Shown here piece by piece: positions 20,940 to 32,792 of a DNA stretch of 63,932 nt. The translations under genes and the position numbers were made by a program. The stretch covers positions 134,275-198,206 of the forward strand of contig NW_008246115.1 in the NCBI RefSeq assembly GCF_000281045.1, read 5' to 3'. The notes under the pieces were generated by a model. It had not been told where the DNA came from. It did no database searches and was given only the letters and a program-made list of their open reading frames with translations. The stretch is from Saprolegnia diclina VS20. Its lineage: Eukaryota. Positions within the stretch are counted from its first letter, which is position 1. Every line of letters begins with the position of its first letter.

Positions 20940-23900
20940 ATGTGGGTCGGGGCCGTGGACATCACGTACGGGCAGGCGCTCGGGCCGCCCGGGTACCACC
21001 GAGCGACGAGTCCGCTCGGCGTTGCGGCCGAGGTCGCGCCGCAGACGTATCTATGGTATAAGACATTGGCGACAGCGACGCCGCTGCGCGACCTCCGCGT
21101 CGGCCGGCGCGACGCGACGCTGCCGGACGGCTTTACGCGCTTGCCAAAGGCCGTGCTGCGTACCGAGAGCGACGCTGACATGCTCTTTCTGTGGACGTCG
21201 ACGCGCGAGACGACGCCCGAGACGACGTACGACTATGACAACCGACCGCTGGACCCGCTGCGGCCAATCAAGGAGCTCAAGATCGTGCGCTCGATGGACG
21301 ACGTGCCGCCGTCGTTCGAGTGTGCGGCCGGCGCGACGCACATCGACCTCGGTATCATTTGCTTTCGCCGTGCGACGTCCGACGAGATCGAGCGCGTCGA
21401 AGAGGAGGCGCGCGAGCCGACAGCCGCGGTCGTCCGAAAGACGCAGCTCGGCACCGGTCTCTGGGTCGATGTGCTCGATCCCGTCACAACCAAGTGGTAC
21501 ATCGGCCAAGTGCGCGGCAACACCAACACGACGCTGCCATCTGCGGCGAGCGCGCAGGTCGTGCCGCAGGACGCGTGGCTGGTGCACCTGCCCGGGTACA
21601 AGACGCCGTTCAAGGAGCTGCTCGTGCCCAGCGCCCACGTGCGCACTCGGACGGCGCCGATTGGGACGCACACAGATTTGCACGCATCGCCGTCCTACCC
21701 GCTGCTGCGCGTCTTGCCGCGGCGCCACGTCGGACGCTCCGACATTGCGACCATGCAGACCGCATTGGACGCGTGCTTCTTCGACATGACACGCTCGTTC
21801 TTTGCGGACGCGCTACTTCCGTTTCTCGAAGCGGTCCTCGCAGCGCCGTGTCGGGAGCTCGATGTCGCGAATGGTCTCCAGTCCTTCTTCCAGCACACGC
21901 TCAAGTACTGGGCGTCGTTTGTCCTAAGCGCCGAGACGCTGCCACTCAGCGAGGACCGCGTGTCATCTTCGCACTTTATGGCCGTCGCCAAGCTCTTACT
22001 CAATGGGTTTGACGGCTGCAACGGCTACTACCTTCCGGACACGCATGCGGTCGGGTGGGAAGCGGCGTCGGACCTCGAACACGTGACGTACCTGGACCAT
22101 GTTGCGAGCGGCGCGTACCGCAGTGCGCCGTGTCGCTCCATGTACTTTGTCGAGACGGTCGAGTACTTTTTCCAAGTCGGCGGGTACCGTGCGATCGTGC
22201 AGCGTGTCAAGGACGCTTCGATTCCGCTCTCCGAAGTCGACATGTAGGTGCTTTTGGCGATTTGCGGTGATATTTCGCGATTTGTTGGTTGATATTTGGT
22301 GGTTGAACTAGGTATTTGAGCTTTTTCCTGCACGCCAAGCCCATCTTGACGCCGACGACGGCCGACGAAGAGCAGCTCGTGACGCTCTTGCATGCGGTCC
22401 TCGGACGCCTCGCGACCGTCGACATGGAGCTCATCAAGGACGACTCGGGGCTTCTGGACGCGCTCTTGGAAAAGGTGGAGACGCTCTTTGGGGTCTTGCA
22501 CACTGTCGACGTGCTCGAGCACTTGGAACTCGCGCACCTCGGGCTCGCGAAAGCGTACCTCTGCTGTCCGTACTTGGGGCAGCAGCTCGCGGGCCTCACG
22601 CGCTTGCTGCACTGGATGGAGAAGGCCCAGCGCCACGACGCGTTCCTCGCGCAGCACACGTCACGGACGTCGACGCCAATCCCCAAGAAGCGCATCGGGT
22701 CGTTCGGCTCGATTGGTGCGATGCTGCGCACGTCGTCGACCTCGATCACGTCATCGATGACGATCACGTCGTCGACGATGCCGCCACCCAGTGTCTGTGC
22801 GCGCTGGCTCCGCGCCGAGACGTTTGTTCAATGGGTTCTGGACGCGAACGTGCTCGACCTCGTGCTGGGTGACGCGCCGACGCTCGCTGCTGTCGGCTTG
22901 CGGGACGCGCACATTGAAGTGTGGAAGCGCACCGGCCCGCTCTTGTTGCTCGTCGCGCAGCAGGAAAAGCTCACGCGCCACCATTTGCACTTGCTCTGGG
23001 CCCACGCGATCAAGCCGCAGCAGTCCTATCGGCGGAAAACTGTGTTTGAGATGCTCCTCCACCTGGCGTCTTCGATGGTCGTCTCGCTCATTGGTGCGGT
23101 CGCTGAGCTCTGGACCGACGTCGCCACGTACGATGCGCTCACGGTGCACTTCCTCACGCGCATCACGCGGCTTGCCAACGGCAAGGCGCACCAGGCGCAG
23201 ATTGGCGATGACGACCGCGCGCTTCTCGATGGAATTGCGGCCAAGGGCGTCGACTTGCTCTGGCACGCGATGCTGGCCAACCCGGGGGAGGTCCTCGCGC
23301 CACTGACGACGCTGCTGCACGACATGGACGCGATCGAGTCGACGACCCGCCGTCGCGACACGCTGGGCGAGTACGTCGCCCGCAGTATCGACAGCTTGCG
23401 CCGTGGCTGCGACGTCTCGACGCACTTGACGCTGCTCGAGACGATAGTGCGCGGCGCGGCGCCCGATGAAAGTGCATTGCAGAACGTCACGTCGGCGGTC
23501 ATCCTCTCGTCGCTCAAGAATGCCATGAAGATCCACCCGTTCGACAGCGTCCTTCAGCGCTTTGAGACGTCGTTCCAGCTCGTGTCGCTCGTGCTCGACC
23601 TTGTCGCGTCCCACCCGACCGAGTCGCTGGTGTTCCTGGCGTTTGTGCTGACCAACTCGGGTCTCGGGCTCACGTTTGACCACTTGGCTCACATTCAGGC
23701 AGCGGTCGACCGCACGGCTTTCTATGGCTGGCTCCAACTCGTGTTGCCCGAGTGCCTCGATGCAATGACGATGAAGGGCCGTGCCGTGTTGCCCATGGGC
23801 TTCCTCAGCAACGGTGCGTTCACAGTCGACGTTCTCGAGCGCATCTTTGATGACACGGTGTGCGTCGACGCGGCGATGACGTCCTCGGTCGAATTCGAGT

Positions 23901-26900
23901 GCTTTGAGCGGCTCTTCCGCTACCTCAACCACCATGCGCAGCGGCTCACGGACGCCCATTTGCCGCGCGACTTTGTCGTCGATGCGCCAATGGACCGACT
24001 CAAGGGCTTTGGACGACTGTATATGCTTGCACTGCGCAGCGGCAACGACGATGTGAGCGAAGCAGCCCGCGACTACATCGTGTACCTTCTCCAGCACCTC
24101 AGCGTGAAGCGGCTCGTGCGACTGGATGTGTGGCTCTTCTTTGCCAAGCACGCAGCGTCGGCGCTTGACGTCGGAACGTCCATGGAAACGTCGCGCGCGC
24201 TGAATCTACTGAGCACGTTCCTGCATCACGCGCGGCCGCTGCAAGCCGCGGCGGCCAGAGTGCCGTCGCTCGAGCCCCTTGTCGTGTACATCAAGTCGCA
24301 GGACGGCCGCACGTCGCCGCCGCTGCACTACAACGTGCCCAAAAGCTGCCTCGTCGGCGAGCTCCGCGACCGCATCGCCGCCGATGTCGGCCACTTTGCC
24401 GAGGGCATTCGGCTTTTGACCGACACCAAGACGCGGCTCAGCGTGCGCAATCACAATCACATGACGCTGGCGGCCGCCAACGTGTTCAACTCGATGACGC
24501 AGCGCTCGTACGTCGAAGTGATTTTGCTCAAGAAGCCCGAGACCGACACGATCGGCCATATCAAGTCCAACCCGCTGCAGTGGACGACGCAGGACGCGGC
24601 GAGCGACTGGGCGACGGTCCAGACGTGGCTCGGCGCCAACGTCCGCAGCACGCTGCTGACGTTCGTGTCGCACCCGCGTCTCGCCGAAGCCGCGTGGCGA
24701 CTCCTATCGCTCCTGCTCGTCCAGACAGCGCTCTTGGAGCAAGTGCATTTGCTGCATGTGGACGACTGGAGCGACGTGCTCTCGGGCCAGAGCGCACTGC
24801 TGCTCTACCACCTCCAAGTGCTCCAGCCGTACCAGAGCCAGCTCGAGTGGATGCGCCGCTTTGTGGGCTTGCGCGGCCCCGAGCACGTCTGCGAGTTGAT
24901 TCTCGCAGGTGACGCAGCCGCCGTCACTCGAACGCTTGACGCGCAGTGCTGGCGCAGCCTCTTCAAGTGGCTCAGCGTCAGTCTGCACGAGAAGCTCGAG
25001 TGGACTCCGACCGGCGAGGATAAGGTGTGGCACGCCCTGGTGCACAAAATTGTCTTGGTGACCCAGCACGTACTGACGCGACGGGCGTCGACGGTTGCGA
25101 CCAAGGCGACGACGACGGTGCAGTATCCCGTGCCGCCGTTGGTCGACGACGAAAGCGACGTCAGCGACCGGCTCCTCGCCAACGCCGTCGCGCTGCTCCA
25201 GCGTCTTCTTGCAGCGCACAAGAGCGCGGCACCAGCCTTTGTGTCGCACCCAAACGCACCCGATGTCGTCCTCGGTGCGCTCGAGCACCCGTCGGCCAGT
25301 GTTCGAAGTGACGCGGCGACGTGTGTCCGCGGTCTCTGTGACGTCGACGCGTCGCTTCTCTCGTTCGCGATCAACCTCTTTGCGGGCTACGACGCACCGA
25401 CGATCGTGCACATGGATCTCTTGTACGTGTACGGCGATCTCGTGCAGAAGGGCGTGCCCGACGGCTTTGACACGGCGTCGGCCGCGCTGCGCCTCGCTCG
25501 CCGCCTCGAATCGCTCGCCCCCGGTGCGGCGGCGCAGCCCATCTTTGAAGGCTTACTGCATACGCTGCTGTGTCTTCTCAAGCCAAACAAGGATGCCCAA
25601 GACGCCGTCTTGGCGCAACTAGACCTTATTCACGAGCTGTACCTGCACTGCCTCTTTCCGGAAGCGCCGTTGCGTCCGTCGACGACCGACTTGATTCAAC
25701 CAAAGTGCACGGCGGCGGGCGCCCGGGCGCTGGCGTTCCAGCTGCTCTCGGTGCTCTGCGATGCCGGCAGTGCGGGGCTCGCTGGCCTTCTTGCCAAGAT
25801 GCGACCGCAGCACTCGTTTGAGCGCAACCCGGCCAAGCCCGTCAAGGCCAAGAAGGGCAACAAGAAGAAGATTGCCCAGGCCAAGCCGACGGTCCGCGGG
25901 CCTTTTGTCGGCCTCAAGAACCTCGGGTGCACGTGTTATCTCAACTCAGTCGTGCAAGCGTGCTTCTTCATCCCGGCGTTCCGAGCGCTCGTCTTCTCGA
26001 CGCCCGCGAGCCGCCCGCACTCGCTGCTCTTCCAGATCCAGTCGCTCTTTGCCCACTTGAGTGCGAGCTCACGGCCGTACGTCTCGCCGGCGCCGCTGCT
26101 GAGCGTCCTCCACACGAGCGACGGGTCGCCCATCAACGTCAAGCTGCAGCAAGACGCGAGTGAGTTCTTGACGTCGTTTTTGCAGCAGCTCGAGTCGGAG
26201 ATCAACGGCAACCATACCGCCGAGACGCAACTCCACGCGTCCCTCGGCGGCCTCTTCAGCAACGAACTCGTGGCCGATGGCGACAAGTACAGCGAGCGCC
26301 TCGAGCCATTCCACTTTGTCTCGGTCCAAGTCCGCGACCGGCCGCACCTCGAGGCTTCGTTGGACTCGTGGGTCGATGGCGACATGGTAGATATGGTCGT
26401 ATCTGGCGCGATAACGTGGATACTATGGATGTAGGTGAGCTACACGTGGGACACGCCGAATGACGGCAAGCAGACGCTCGAGACGCACAAGCGCATTTCA
26501 ATCCATACGCTGCCAAACGTCCTCGTCTTCCACCTCAAGCGATTTGAGTTTGATTTTGAGACGATGCAGCAAATCAAGCTTCACGATGCGTTTGAATTCC
26601 CCATGGAGCTCGACATGCGCCGGTCCAACGTTTTCTCTCAATCTCGAATCTCAATCTCAATGGGAATCGATAGGTACACCAAGGAAGGCCAAGCACGGCG
26701 CCGCAACGAAGAAGACATGGCGTGGCGCGCGCCCGAGTACTACCTCTACGAATGCTCGGGTGCGATCGTGCACGTCGGGACGGCGCAGTCGGGTCACTAC
26801 TACTGCTACCTGCGCGACCCCAAGGCGACAGCTTCGTGGGTCGAGTGCAACGACACGCTCGTCACGCCCTTTGATGCGACGCAGCTGCCGCACGAGTGCT

Positions 26901-28650
26901 TTGGCGGCCTCCGCGCGCACGACGACGGTCGCCGGTCGCCAAGCGCCTTTATGCTGCTCTACACGCGCAAGGCGACGTCGATTCCCGTGGCTATGCCGGC
27001 GCCCGTCCGCCGCTTTGCATCGATCGTGCGAGCTGTTGTGTTTCTGAAGCGGCTTCTCAAGCGTCGGGCGTTGGTGCCGTCGCCGGCTCCGCTCCCCAGT
27101 GCCATCTACGCCAGCATCGAGGCTGAGAACCGGTCGTTCTGGCGCAAGCAGTACCTGGCCGACGTCGCGTGCAAGAGCTTCACGCACGACCTCGTGGCCA
27201 ACTGCTTTGATGCGAACATGGTGTTTGCCCCGGCGTCGCTGCGGCTGGAGGCGCTGCAGTTTGCAACCGCCTTTGTGTTTGGCACGCTCTGGCAGTGCCG
27301 CGAAGTCGACCGCATCGGCGTCTGGACACCAATGCTGACGGCGCTGTACGACCAAGAACCGTTGGGCGCCGACTGGTTCTTGCAGTCGAGTGTCGACCAC
27401 CCGACGCTGCTCGCCGACGTGATCGTGGACGAAGACGACGTGGTCATGGCGCCGTTCCGTCATGTCGCACGGGTGAGTCTTCAGCACGCGTCGACGCCGG
27501 CCCTCGCGTCAGCGTTTGTCGCCAAGTGTGTGGGAACGCAGTTGTCGACTCTGCGGCCCGTCGTTCTCGATCTCTTGCATGCGTACGCGGCGCAGAGCAG
27601 TGCCGCTTGCCACGAGCTCGTCAAGGACCACCACCTGCTGACGGTGCTGCCGCAAGCGCTGCTGGACGCAGACGAAGGCGGAAATGAGCGCCACGAAAGC
27701 CGGCTCTTGACTCTCATTGCAATGCTTTTGGATGCGTACGGCCAGGACGACTTGTACGCGGTGCTGCCGGCCGAGGCGATCGAGCTGCTGACCTCGAGTG
27801 CGTGGATGCACCACCTGCTTGAGCGTCGGGGCGCGACGTTCTCGTTCAACGACGAGACGCTCGCATGGCGGCGCATTGTGTGGCGGCTCTGCACGGGGGC
27901 GGCGGCCACGTCGTCGGCGTGGCTGAGCGTCCTGCTTGCGGCCATTGAGAGCAACGACCACCACGAACTCAAGCCGTACTTTCGCGCGCTCATGGTGCTG
28001 CTCTCGCTCGACGACGACCTCGCGATGGACCGCCTCGACGATGCGATGACGCAGTTCATTGCGCTCCTTGCGTCCCAGCAACGCTACTTCAAGGCGACCG
28101 AGACGTCGATCGACATGATGTGCCGCATCGCCAAGCGCATTCCGACGGTACACTTCATGAGCTTGAACAACGGTCAATGTCGACGGCGTAGGTGCGTACG
28201 TGGCTGTATGAGAACCAGCGGAGCTGGGCGTGGACGGAGAAGTGGCTCGAGGCGCACGCAGGTCCGCAAGGGTGGCTGCAGCAAGGCAAAACGGTCCTAG
28301 TCAAGCCCCACTCGACAAGCACGTGGAAGGACGTACCGCTGTCGCACCCCGCGCTCGCCAAGACGATCGACCGGTCCGTCGCCAAGTTTGTGCCGCGCGT
28401 GCGGGCGCTTCTCGCGGGCCAAGCGCCGAGCGACGTGCAATATGACAGCGACGACGACCCGATCGCTCTCGTGGGCGCACGGATCAAGGTCAAGTGGGCG
28501 CGGGAAAAGTGGTATGCAGGTCGCGTCGAGCGCTACGACCCGGCCAAGCTCGAGCACTCTGTCGTGTACGATGACGGCGAGAAGAAGAGCTACAAGATGA
28601 CGGACAAGGTCTTTCTGCGCCTCGACGTACCCGCGATAGAAGGTCCCTAG
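20940..28650 (+). CDS. Large ubiquitin-specific protease (USP9/24/34-like) with N-terminal MABP-like and Tudor-like modules, internal UBL and C-terminal Tudor-like domain
   Basis: Cys box GLKNLGCTCYLNSVVQ (~25910), QQDASEF, LVFHLKRFEFD, His box HVGTAQSGHYY..WVECND (~26770-26855); long helical region; about 4 short introns. Confidence 0.9.
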
Positions 28651-28787
28651 TCGGTTTATACCAAACCATTTTGCATCGTGCGTGTCCCTACCCTTGTACA
28701 AGGGGCCGATCGCGGCCATTTGTGTACAAAATTGTACTGAAAACACAACGAAAACCGATCAAAAATCGAGAAAACACGAGAAAAAGC

Positions 28788-28860
28788 CACTCACGGCGGG
28801 ACTTGAACCCGCAGTCTCTGCCTTAGGAGGGCAGCGCCTTATCCATTAGGCCACGCGAGC
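28788..28860 (-). tRNA. tRNA-Arg(CCT): tRNA-Arg, anticodon CCT
   Basis: Minus strand GCTCGCGTGGCCTAATGGATAAGGCGCTGCC-CTCCTAA-GGCAGAGACTGCGGGTTCAAGTCCCGCCGTGAGTG folds as a 73-nt cloverleaf with A and B boxes; T-run terminator just downstream (28781-28785). Confidence 0.96.
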
Positions 28861-29675
28861 CTTGGCAAACGCATGGAAAAAATGTAATACGTATCAATAT
28901 ATATTTGCTGAAACAAATCTCCGCGTTGGGCTGAATCTGGACAAACTGAAATTCTTTTTTGAGTCGAGTGTTTCGATGGCTCTTATTCGTATCGCAGCAT
29001 GAAGAATTGGTGAATATGTGCGAAGCTCAGGTGCATTCCCTAAAAGTGAACGGGCGCAGCGCGGTTAGAATATTGCAAGTGGTTTGAACTTCAAGCGTGT
29101 CGTTTCAACTCCAATGGTGAGAAAGCTGTTTTAGGGGGTTGGAGATAGTCCCACGACGGTGTGGTGGCGATCAGCTCGTCGATGGCGGCTTCAAACATCC
29201 ATTTAGCGCCGATAATATGACTTTATTGTTGGTTTTTGAGGGGATGACGGGTTTTATGAACGGCTTTAACGTGCAGCGCAGAGCCCACGGAAACATTTTA
29301 AATGCTGATGTAGCGGCGTTTCTTTCTGTTTCTTGGACGAATTAACTGCAATTGAAGCAGCACCGTCCACTGGTGCCGGGTCAACGCCGAATTCGGTTGC
29401 ACCGTCCGCCTATAAACCCGCAGCTACTTTATACATCTTGTCCCGAGTATCACCTACGTACTATTGTACCGTTCATCCACGGTTCAGTATGTCCAACTAA
29501 GATCGAAGTGGCAGGTTGAAGCCGAAATGGCCCACTTCAACATTGTACGGAAGAAAAGTCCTTCAAAACATGGCGTGTCAAGTTGCAAAAGATCGAACTG
29601 TCCACCGCATAATTCGATATTTTATCCGGAAACGGATAACGCTTGAGCCCGCGGCTGTGGTCAAAGTAGAATCCG

Positions 29676-30014
29676 ATGCCCCGCCAACAGCGCAACCAGC
29701 GAAAGCCCAAGGACGGCGCCGAGCCGTACTCCAAGCCCAAGGAAGGCAGCAAGGAAGGCGGCGCCAAGGGCCGGCGCAATGGCCGTGGCGGCCGCGGTGG
29801 CCGCGGTGGCCGTGGCAACAAGCCCAAGCCCAAGACCACGGAGGACCTCGACAAGGAGATGGACGGCTACTGGAACAAGAGCGCCGAGCACGCCCAGAAG
29901 CAGCTCGACAACGACATGGACGACTACTGGAAGAAGAAGGACGAAGTCGTCGCGGACGAGCCGGTCGAAGAGGCCGCGCCTGAGACGGCAACCGACGCCA
30001 CGGCCGCCGAGTAA
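29676..30014 (+). CDS. Small RGG protein with duplicated FoP/CHTOP-type C-terminal motif (ALYREF/CHTOP-like)
   Basis: GRGGRGGRGGRG followed by KTTEDLDKEMDGYW and QKQLDNDMDDYW (LDxE/DMDxY motif twice). Confidence 0.8.
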   Translation: MPRQQRNQRKPKDGAEPYSKPKEGSKEGGAKGRRNGRGGRGGRGGRGNKPKPKTTEDLDKEMDGYWNKSAEHAQKQLDNDMDDYWKKKDEVVADEPVEEAAPETATDATAAE

Positions 30015-30182
30015 AACCCGTGGCCGACACGGGCGGGTCGATATTTTATAAGCACGATCAAACACAAGAACCCTTCCGTCGCAACGAGTCTATGCAAAGC
30101 CCCCGCCAGTCGCCCCCGCCCAGCGTCGCCGACGAAGGCTTGAAGCCTGCCATGCCGCTAGTCCTTGCTCGTCTTACTTGGT

Positions 30183-30247
30183 CCAGGCCTCTCTCTCAAT
30201 GCAGCCCAGGCCTCTGTCAATGCAGCCCAGGCCTCTCTCAATACAGC
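30183..30247. repeat. Minisatellite, 3 copies of a 21-23 bp unit
   Basis: CCAGGCCTCTCTCTCAATGCAGC / CCAGGCCTCTGTCAATGCAGC / CCAGGCCTCTCTCAATACAGC. Confidence 0.85.
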
Positions 30248-30460
30248 AATGCTACCTGCACTCAATACCGCGTTGACTCGTACTTTGGTACGTGGCATGC
30301 CTCCACGCTCATGTCAAGCCGCTTCCGACGCCTCGCAGAGCTCAGCACTCATGCCAACACAAGATAAGATCTCTTCGCGATGGCTTGGCGTAGCTTCCTC
30401 GATGCTAGTATAGCTCGTCGTTGCTTCAAGAAGAAATGTGTAGTCGACATTGGTTATCAT

Positions 30461-31339
30461 CTAGTCGTCGTGCATGTGGGCACCTCGGAGGCGGCTGCGG
30501 CGCTCGTGCTCGAGGCGTGCGCTGTTGGCCGCCATCTTGCCGACGCCGTAGACCGCGCCCGCCGCCATGGCGTAGATACCGAGGAGGTACGTGGCTACGA
30601 GGGACGCGGCTGCGAGAAGCGCAAGGCAAACGAACGCGGTGGCGCTCAGTGGGTCGGGCTGGTACGTAAAGACCATCGAGATGACCGCAAAGGTGAAGTA
30701 GAAGAGGCTGCCGATGAGGCCAAACGTGAAGTTGATGATCGAGACGAAGATCCACTGGATGACGAGTCCATATACGTTCTCTTCACGCGAGTCGAGGACC
30801 GTAAAGAGCATCTGCCAGAACGTCCGGCGTGACGCAAACACCTTGCCCGACTCGAACGCGCTCCAAAACTTGGCACGGGCTTCGTCGAGGCCATAGTCCG
30901 ACCACAGACCAACGTACGCTTTGGCTTGGCGCATCGTCTCTTCGCGCGCTGCGTCAAGGACGTCAAGCTTGGCTTGCGCGCTGTCGACGATAGCTTGCTT
31001 CTCGTTCACGACCCGGCGGTGCTCGGGGCGGACACGCCAGAACCATACTTTGGCCTCCTGCAAGTCGCTTTGCGCCACGACGACCTCGCTCCACACGTCT
31101 TGATAGCCTTCGACGTGCGCTGCCTCGACGACCATGGCTTCATACGTGTGCTTCATCTCGTCCGTGACCTTGATCGGCGCCGGCGCCAGCAGCATGAGGA
31201 AGAGGCCGACGAGCCACATAAGCGTGAGCCGACGGACCGACGGCGCGGCCCACGCCTTCTTGGCAAAGGCCATCGCGAGGTCCGTGCCCGAGGGCTGTCC
31301 CCGCGGAAGCGGCGACTGCTGGTACATCTGCCCGTCCAT
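30461..31339 (-). CDS. Hypothetical membrane protein (N-terminal TM, coiled region, C-terminal TM bundle)
   Basis: Single-exon codon-biased ORF, likely ATG 31339 (MDGQMYQQ); hydrophobic helices at both ends. Confidence 0.75.
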   Translation of the reverse strand: MDGQMYQQSPLPRGQPSGTDLAMAFAKKAWAAPSVRRLTLMWLVGLFLMLLAPAPIKVTDEMKHTYEAMVVEAAHVEGYQDVWSEVVVAQSDLQEAKVWFWRVRPEHRRVVNEKQAIVDSAQAKLDVLDAAREETMRQAKAYVGLWSDYGLDEARAKFWSAFESGKVFASRRTFWQMLFTVLDSREENVYGLVIQWIFVSIINFTFGLIGSLFYFTFAVISMVFTYQPDPLSATAFVCLALLAAASLVATYLLGIYAMAAGAVYGVGKMAANSARLEHERRSRLRGAHMHDD

Positions 31340-32156
31340 CCGAGCTGCTTGGACTTGATGCCACGGAAGCAAGATGGAAATGAATTCGAGAGCATAACCT
31401 CTCTATTTCGATACTTTCCAGAAACCTCCAGCATATTATAGGATCACCCGACCTTCGCCGCATCCGGACGCATGGGCAACTACCAATGCCAGTTGCATGT
31501 TGGTAGCCGCGCTTCATGACTCTACAATAGGACTGTCTTCATTCTAGACCTTCCTGCAGTGTGCTCTTGGCAGCGATAAGCTTGATCAACATGTTGGCCA
31601 ATTTGGCGAAGGCTTTGACTGAGCGATCGTCGATCATCGACCGGGAGGACGAATCCACAGCCGCTAAGAAAGGGTCATTTCTCATTTCTTATTGACCCTT
31701 GGCCAAGGCTTCTGCTATACACTGTCACCAGCACTGTCACTGCCGCAAAACGTCTTCGGTTCGCAACTCTGGATACAGCAAGTCCGACTGGCTCGACGGC
31801 TCTGCCGCCACGAGTTGGTTCAATATGCCTTGCCAGCGCTCGCCGTAGAGAATCAATTAGCAACGACGTTGTGCTTTACTTTCGCTACCGACTCGAATAC
31901 AACCAGGGCGGTCATCGCTGGGTCGTGGGGACATGAGAAGGACCCACGAGAACGACCTTGCACTTGCGATCCCTAGCCCCATCAACTTCTGGGTGCAATG
32001 TCAGCTGCTCCGTCCAACCCATGGAGCCTGTCATGGTAGCTACAGTACACGTCGATGCGAGAGCCGACCGTTCGTGCTGCTCACTCGCTCTGACTTTGGT
32101 CCGTGCGACAGCCAGTGTCCCTCGTTTTTAGCGCGGAAGAGACGGGCGGCGCGGGC

Positions 32157-32200
32157 CTAATTCGTGCGTCGACGTACGAATTAGCGCTAATTCGTACGTG
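32157..32200. repeat. Alternating triple inverted repeat containing a perfect 28-bp palindrome
   Basis: CTAATTCGTGCGTC / GACGTACGAATTAG / CG / CTAATTCGTACGTG; 32172-32199 is ACGTACGAATTAGCGCTAATTCGTACGT. Confidence 0.9.
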
Positions 32201-32272
32201 GACCTAAAAATAAAACGGAAAAACATTTGTGACTTCCGTGCACGTTCTACATCGCAGTCTGCCTTCCGCATC

Positions 32273-32745
32273 ATGGACGACGTCATCCAGCTCAAGTTCC
32301 TCTTCGCCAACAAGGACGGCGTCAAGGTCACGCTCGGCGCGCCCAAGTCCGCGCACGTCGCCGACGTCAAGGCGCAGCTGCTCGCCGCGTGGCCTGCCGG
32401 TGCGTCGACGGTCGCCGCCACCCGCGAGCTCATGATGCCACCGGCGTAGATGTGCCCAAGCCCGAGTGCCTCAGCAGCATTCGCCTCATCTGCATGGGCC
32501 TCGGCGCGCTCCAGGACAACAAGACGCTGAGCGACAGCAAGGTGCCGTCGTTCCCGACCCATCCGACGCCGGTCAACGTCTCGGTCGTGCCGCCCAAGCG
32601 GTCGGCCGACGCTGCCGGTACGCGCAGTACCTGCCCGCCCTCTGGTCATGTGCATCATACTGCGACGGTAGGCGGCTCGTCCGAGCACCCGCTCACCCAG
32701 CGAGCGCCGCCCACCAACATTAGTTGCTGGTGCGCGATTTCATAG
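32273..32745 (+). CDS. UBL3: Membrane-anchored ubiquitin-fold protein (MUB/UBL3-like)
   Basis: Ubiquitin-like fold IQLKFLF...VADVKAQLLAAWP..IRLICMG..LQDNKTL and C-terminal CWCAIS (CaaX plus upstream Cys); two introns. Confidence 0.85.
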
Positions 32746-32792
32746 TCGATCGTTGAATTGCATCTGGTGTATATATTGTCTTCTTAGTCGAA

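Noticed and set aside
29340..29460. Possible ncRNA (GCACCGTCC twice, small palindrome CCGAATTCGG)
   Set aside because: No snRNA, snoRNA or SRP hallmark is recognisable and the elements are short enough to be chance.
30183..30247. Short repeats as a CRISPR-like array
   Set aside because: Units are contiguous with no spacers, there are no cas genes, and the context is eukaryotic; it is a minisatellite.
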